NCBI GenBank assembly: GCA_965116475.1
Contig: OZ220691.1
Coordinates: 128,001-192,000, forward strand
Source: Gemmatimonadota bacterium
GTDB taxonomy: Bacteria > Gemmatimonadota > Gemmatimonadetes > Palauibacterales > Palauibacteraceae
DNA: 64,000 nt
Reading direction: 5' to 3'
Positions 60,394-64,000 of the stretch are shown here, in pieces. The translations under genes and the position numbers were made by a program. How positions within the stretch are numbered: position 1 is the stretch's first letter; each line of letters opens with the position of its first letter. The notes beneath the pieces were generated by a model that saw nothing but the letters and a program-made list of their open reading frames with translations, was not told where the DNA came from and searched no databases.

Positions 60394-60526
60394 TGTCGTC
60401 TCGGCTTCGCTCGATCCGTGGCGGGCGGCTCGGCGCCAGCAGCCGTGGCTGCCTGGGCGGCCCCGGTCGGGCGGGAGTATAGCGATCCGCGTTGACCCTC
60501 GCGAGAAGGTTCCGGTAGGTTCGGGC

Positions 60527-62488
60527 ATGCGCACGCGATCCAACGTCTTCCGGCGCGCCGGACGGTGGCTTCTGCTGCCGGCGCTCGTCCTGCCCGCTTT
60601 TCTTCCCGGCGCCGCCCGTGCGCAGGACGGCCCCTCGCTCACCGTGGAGGGACCCGCCATCGTCCTCACCGACGTTCCCTTCTCCCTCACGCTCCACACG
60701 GAGGACGGGGAGAACGCCCGCTACCGCGTGAGGTCCGCCTCGGGGCGCGAACTCGCCGCCGGCGCCCTGCCCCTGCGGTCGGCAACCTCGGTCAGCGGGC
60801 TGCGCGCCGCGGCGGGGGATCTGCCGCTGTCCGTGGAGATGGAATCGGACCAGGGCCCGGCCAACGCCAGCGTGGATCCGCCGCGGTTCCCGGGGTGGAT
60901 CAGCCTGCTGCCGCCGCTCATCGCGATCGCCCTCGCCCTCATCTTCCGCCACGTCGTCGTGTCGCTCTTCTTCGGCATCTGGCTGGGAGGCTTCTTCATC
61001 GCCGGCCTCGACCCGCTGGCGGGGCTCGGGCGGACGGTGGACACGTTCATCGTCCCGTCGCTCGCCGATCCCGACAACGCGTCGATCCTCATGTTCTCGG
61101 CGCTGCTGAGCGCCATGGTGGGGGTGATCTCGCGCTCCGGGGGTACGCGCGGGATCGTCGAGGCCGTGCGACCGCTGGCCACCACGCCGCGCCGCGCGCA
61201 ACTCGCCACCTTCTTCGCGGGCGTCGGCATCTTCTTCGACGACTACGCGAACACGCTCATCGTCGGCAACACCTTCCGCCCCGTCACGGACAAGCTGAAG
61301 GTGTCGCGGGAGAAGCTGGCCTACCTCGTCGATTCGACGGCCGCCCCCGTCGTCACGATCGCCTTCGTCTCGACCTGGGTCGGCTTCGAGATCTCGCTGA
61401 TCCGCGACGGACTTCGCATCGCCGCCGAGCAGACCGCGGACCCCGCGCTGGCCGGGGCTCTCGCCTCGGCGAGCCCCTTCACCGTGTTCCTGAGCAGCAT
61501 CCCGTACCTCTTCTATCCCATCCTCGCCCTCTTCATGGTGGCGGCGGTCATCGTGTCGCAGCGGGACTTCGGCCCCATGCACGGCGCCGAGGTGCGGGCC
61601 CGGACGGGCGGCGGCGTCTTCCGGCCGGGTTCCCAGCTCATGGTAGACTCCGAGGAGACGGGACTCGACGCGCCGGAGGGCGTGCCCCTGCGCTGGTACA
61701 ATGCGGCGATCCCCGTGCTGACGGTGGTCGCGACCGTCCTGCTGGGGCTGTACTTCGACGGCCGCGCCGCCGTGGGGCGGGCCTCGCTGTGGGACACGTT
61801 CGGCGCGGCGGATCCGTTCAAGGCGATCCTGTGGGGGTCGCTCGCCGGCTGTCTGGTCGCGATCGGGCTGGCCACGACGCAGCGCATCCTGTCGCTGAGC
61901 CAGGCGCTCGACGGCTGGCTCGCCGGCATCCGCGCGATGACGATGGGGTTCGTGATCCTCACGCTGGCGTGGTCGCTCGGCGAGGTGACGAGTCAGCTCG
62001 CGACGGCGCAGTACCTGACCCAGATCCTCGAGGGCAACCTCGCGCCGGAGCTCGTCCCGGTCATCACCTTCGTGACGGCCGCGGTCGTCAGCTTCTGCAC
62101 AGGCACCTCATGGGCCACGATGACGATCCTGCTCCCGCTCGTGGTTCCGCTCATCGTCGCCCTCGGCGGCGCGGCCGGCTTCGAGGCGGGAGGCGGCGCC
62201 CTGCTCGTGAGTTCGATCAGTTCGGTCCTCGCCGGATCCATCTTCGGAGACCACTGCTCGCCCATCTCCGACACGACGGTGCTCAGTTCGATGGCGTCGG
62301 CGTGCGACCACATGGACCACGTGCGGACGCAGCTTCCCTACGCGCTCGTCGTGGCGGTGGCCGCGATGCTGTTCGGCCACGTGGGGACATCGTACGGACT
62401 GCCGCCCTGGATCGCCCACCTCCTCGGCATCGGCGTGGTCATCGTCGTGTTGCGCTTCGCGGGGAGGCCCGTTCCCGCGGGAACGTGA
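60527..62488 (+). CDS. Na+/H+ antiporter NhaC-family transporter with N-terminal exported extension
   Basis: SLLPPLIAI, FFDDYAN, DSTAAP, TGTSW, GDHCSPISDTT, HVRTQLPY. Confidence 0.9.
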   Translation: MRTRSNVFRRAGRWLLLPALVLPAFLPGAARAQDGPSLTVEGPAIVLTDVPFSLTLHTEDGENARYRVRSASGRELAAGALPLRSATSVSGLRAAAGDLPLSVEMESDQGPANASVDPPRFPGWISLLPPLIAIALALIFRHVVVSLFFGIWLGGFFIAGLDPLAGLGRTVDTFIVPSLADPDNASILMFSALLSAMVGVISRSGGTRGIVEAVRPLATTPRRAQLATFFAGVGIFFDDYANTLIVGNTFRPVTDKLKVSREKLAYLVDSTAAPVVTIAFVSTWVGFEISLIRDGLRIAAEQTADPALAGALASASPFTVFLSSIPYLFYPILALFMVAAVIVSQRDFGPMHGAEVRARTGGGVFRPGSQLMVDSEETGLDAPEGVPLRWYNAAIPVLTVVATVLLGLYFDGRAAVGRASLWDTFGAADPFKAILWGSLAGCLVAIGLATTQRILSLSQALDGWLAGIRAMTMGFVILTLAWSLGEVTSQLATAQYLTQILEGNLAPELVPVITFVTAAVVSFCTGTSWATMTILLPLVVPLIVALGGAAGFEAGGGALLVSSISSVLAGSIFGDHCSPISDTTVLSSMASACDHMDHVRTQLPYALVVAVAAMLFGHVGTSYGLPPWIAHLLGIGVVIVVLRFAGRPVPAGT

Positions 62489-62515
62489 CCGCACGCAACC
62501 GCCGTGACACGGAAG

Positions 62516-62531
62516 TGATAATCGATTATCA
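62516..62531. promoter_or_regulatory. Fur-family-like operator palindrome TGATAAT-CG-ATTATCA
   Basis: Perfect 16-bp AT-rich palindrome in GC-rich DNA, 70 bp upstream of the MerC-like gene. Confidence 0.6.
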
Positions 62532-62601
62532 TCATGACCTCGGCGCTCACGCACCGAGTATCATGCACCGTGCCCTTCGCTTCCCTCGTTGACGCGAACC
62601 C

Positions 62602-63030
62602 ATGAAAAGCTCTCTCGCAACCGCCCCGTCGAGCGCGTACGTGGTCTCCGGATCGCGCGTCGCCGCGTGCGCCGCCGCCTGGTGCGGCGTGCACTGCGCG
62701 CTGACGCCGGTCCTCGTCGCGGTGGCGCCCGCGCTCGCGCTCTCCGAAGGGGTCGAGCGATCGGTTTGGGCCGGGACGGTGGTGCTTGGCGCGGTCATGC
62801 TCGCCCTCGGCCCGGCCCGCAGGAACGCGGCCGTGATCCTCGCCTTTGTGGGCGGGGCCGCGTTCTGGGCCGCCTCCCTCGCCGGTTGGCTCGAGCCAAT
62901 GCCCGAGACCGTGACGTCGACCGCCGGCAGCCTGGTCCTCGCGGGCGCGCTCCTGCAGGGGGCCCGGATCTGCCAGGCCGGCGCGTGCGCGGTTTGCGAA
63001 GACGACGATCCCGAGGATCCGCGAGGCTGA
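62602..63030 (+). CDS. MerC-domain small membrane protein
   Basis: CxxxxCxxHC (CAAAWCGVHC), four TM segments, C-terminal CxxxxCxxC. Confidence 0.7.
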   Translation: MKSSLATAPSSAYVVSGSRVAACAAAWCGVHCALTPVLVAVAPALALSEGVERSVWAGTVVLGAVMLALGPARRNAAVILAFVGGAAFWAASLAGWLEPMPETVTSTAGSLVLAGALLQGARICQAGACAVCEDDDPEDPRG

Positions 63031-63046
63031 ACCGGTTCGACAGCCG

Positions 63047-63514
63047 TTAGCGTCGGCGGCGGAAGAAGTCCCGCAGCAGACGCGCCGATTCCTCGGCGAG
63101 CACGCCGCTCACGAGTTCCACCCGATGGTTCAGCCGCGGGTCGCAGACCAGGTTCTCGATCGACCCGCACATCCCGGCCTTCGGGTCCGCAGCCCCGAAC
63201 ACGACGGTGCGGACGCGGGCGACGACCGCGGCGCCGGCGCACATCGCGCACGGTTCGAGCGTCGCGTACAGCGTGTGGCCCTCGAGGCGCCAGTCCCCCA
63301 GGCGGGCCGCGGCGGCGCGCAGCGCCAGAACTTCCGCGTGGGCCGTGGGGTCGGCGTCGGCGCGCGTGCGGTTGTGCGCTTCCGCGACGACCCCGCCGTG
63401 CCGGTCCGTGACGAGAGCGGCCACGGGCACCTCCCCGCGCTCCCCCCCGAGGGCCGCGAGTTCGAGCGCCCGCCGCATCGGCGCCTCGTGCTCGGCCGGC
63501 CACGGACCGTTCAC
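63047..63514 (-). CDS. tadA: tRNA adenosine(34) deaminase
   Basis: GEVPV, DPTAHAE, TLEPCAMC, FGAADPK, FFRRRR. Confidence 0.93.
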   Translation of the reverse strand: MNGPWPAEHEAPMRRALELAALGGERGEVPVAALVTDRHGGVVAEAHNRTRADADPTAHAEVLALRAAAARLGDWRLEGHTLYATLEPCAMCAGAAVVARVRTVVFGAADPKAGMCGSIENLVCDPRLNHRVELVSGVLAEESARLLRDFFRRRR

Positions 63515-64000
63515 GCCGTGGCCACCCGGGCGTCGAGAAAACGGGCCGCCGCGTCGATCCGGGCCAAGCTCCGCTCCCGCCCCATTGCCTCGAGCACCTC
63601 GAAAATGCCGGGACTCACCGCCTGGCCCATGAGCGCTACGCGGAGGGGGTTGATGATGCGCCCCGCGCCGACCTCGAGTTCCGCCGCGAGGCCCCGCACC
63701 TCGGACTCCAGTGTCTCCACGTCGCGGAAGGCCGCCTCGGCGGCCAGACGCTCCGCCAGGCGCCGCAGGTGGAACGCCGTCTCCTCCGGCCGCTTCCAGA
63801 AACGCTTCACCGCATCTCCGTCGTAGCGCACGCGCGCGGCGAAGAAGGGGGAAACCTGCCGCGCGAGCGCCGGCAGCGTCCGGGGGCGCCCCTTCACGAG
63901 ATTGATGATGCGCGTCAAACGCTCGGGTGAGGTTGCGAGTCCGGGGTGGGCCCCGGCCGGATCGCGCCCCTCCTCGCGCGCCTCCCGGCCGAGAATCTCG
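63511..64000 (-). CDS. gltX: Glutamate-tRNA ligase, C-terminal anticodon-binding part (begins beyond the right edge)
   Basis: PLRVALMGQAVSPGIFEVLEAMGRERSLARI is a typical GluRS C-terminus; only the 3' part is visible. Confidence 0.82.
   Translation of the reverse strand, partial: EILGREAREEGRDPAGAHPGLATSPERLTRIINLVKGRPRTLPALARQVSPFFAARVRYDGDAVKRFWKRPEETAFHLRRLAERLAAEAAFRDVETLESEVRGLAAELEVGAGRIINPLRVALMGQAVSPGIFEVLEAMGRERSLARIDAAARFLDARVATA

Noticed and set aside
62602..63030. Mercury resistance locus
   Set aside because: Only a MerC-like membrane protein; no merR, merA, merT or merP.

Overview
High-GC bacterial chromosome segment, mostly core housekeeping genes on the minus strand. Gene content and order suggest Gemmatimonadota or a similar diderm lineage (inference only). 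Left to right: 5' end of a lower-GC C5 DNA methyltransferase at the window edge; Tat amidase; Ca2+/H+ antiporter; tRNA-Cys; an unknown probable outer-membrane protein; recN-nadK-ispA-xseB-xseA-folD; rny with a structured leader; zapA; pheT-pheS-rplT-rpmI-infC with an L20-leader-like attenuator; thrS; three tandem paralogous lipoprotein gluzincin metalloproteases (the third frameshifted); groL-groS with a perfect CIRCE; coaX-birA-uppP-bshA-miaA-mutL-tatD-secF-secD; an accessory block (DASS transporter, duplicated NTF2-like lipoprotein, zincin, TonB-dependent receptor); tRNA-Ile2(CAU); a selenocysteine-encoding selD with a SECIS-like hairpin and a +1 frameshift, coupled to a MoxR/DUF58/vWA (Bat-like) operon; rluB-scpB-scpA; rpsT; pyrC-pyrB-pyrR; an NhaC-family antiporter; a MerC-like gene with a Fur-type palindrome; tadA; and the 3' end of gltX. 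I saw no CRISPR array, integrase or transposase. Best leads: the Sec-selD, the protease triplet with a shared C-terminal RTR motif, the terminator/antiterminator-like RNA between zapA and rny, and the structured region upstream of the methyltransferase. All calls come from reading the sequence; no searches were run.
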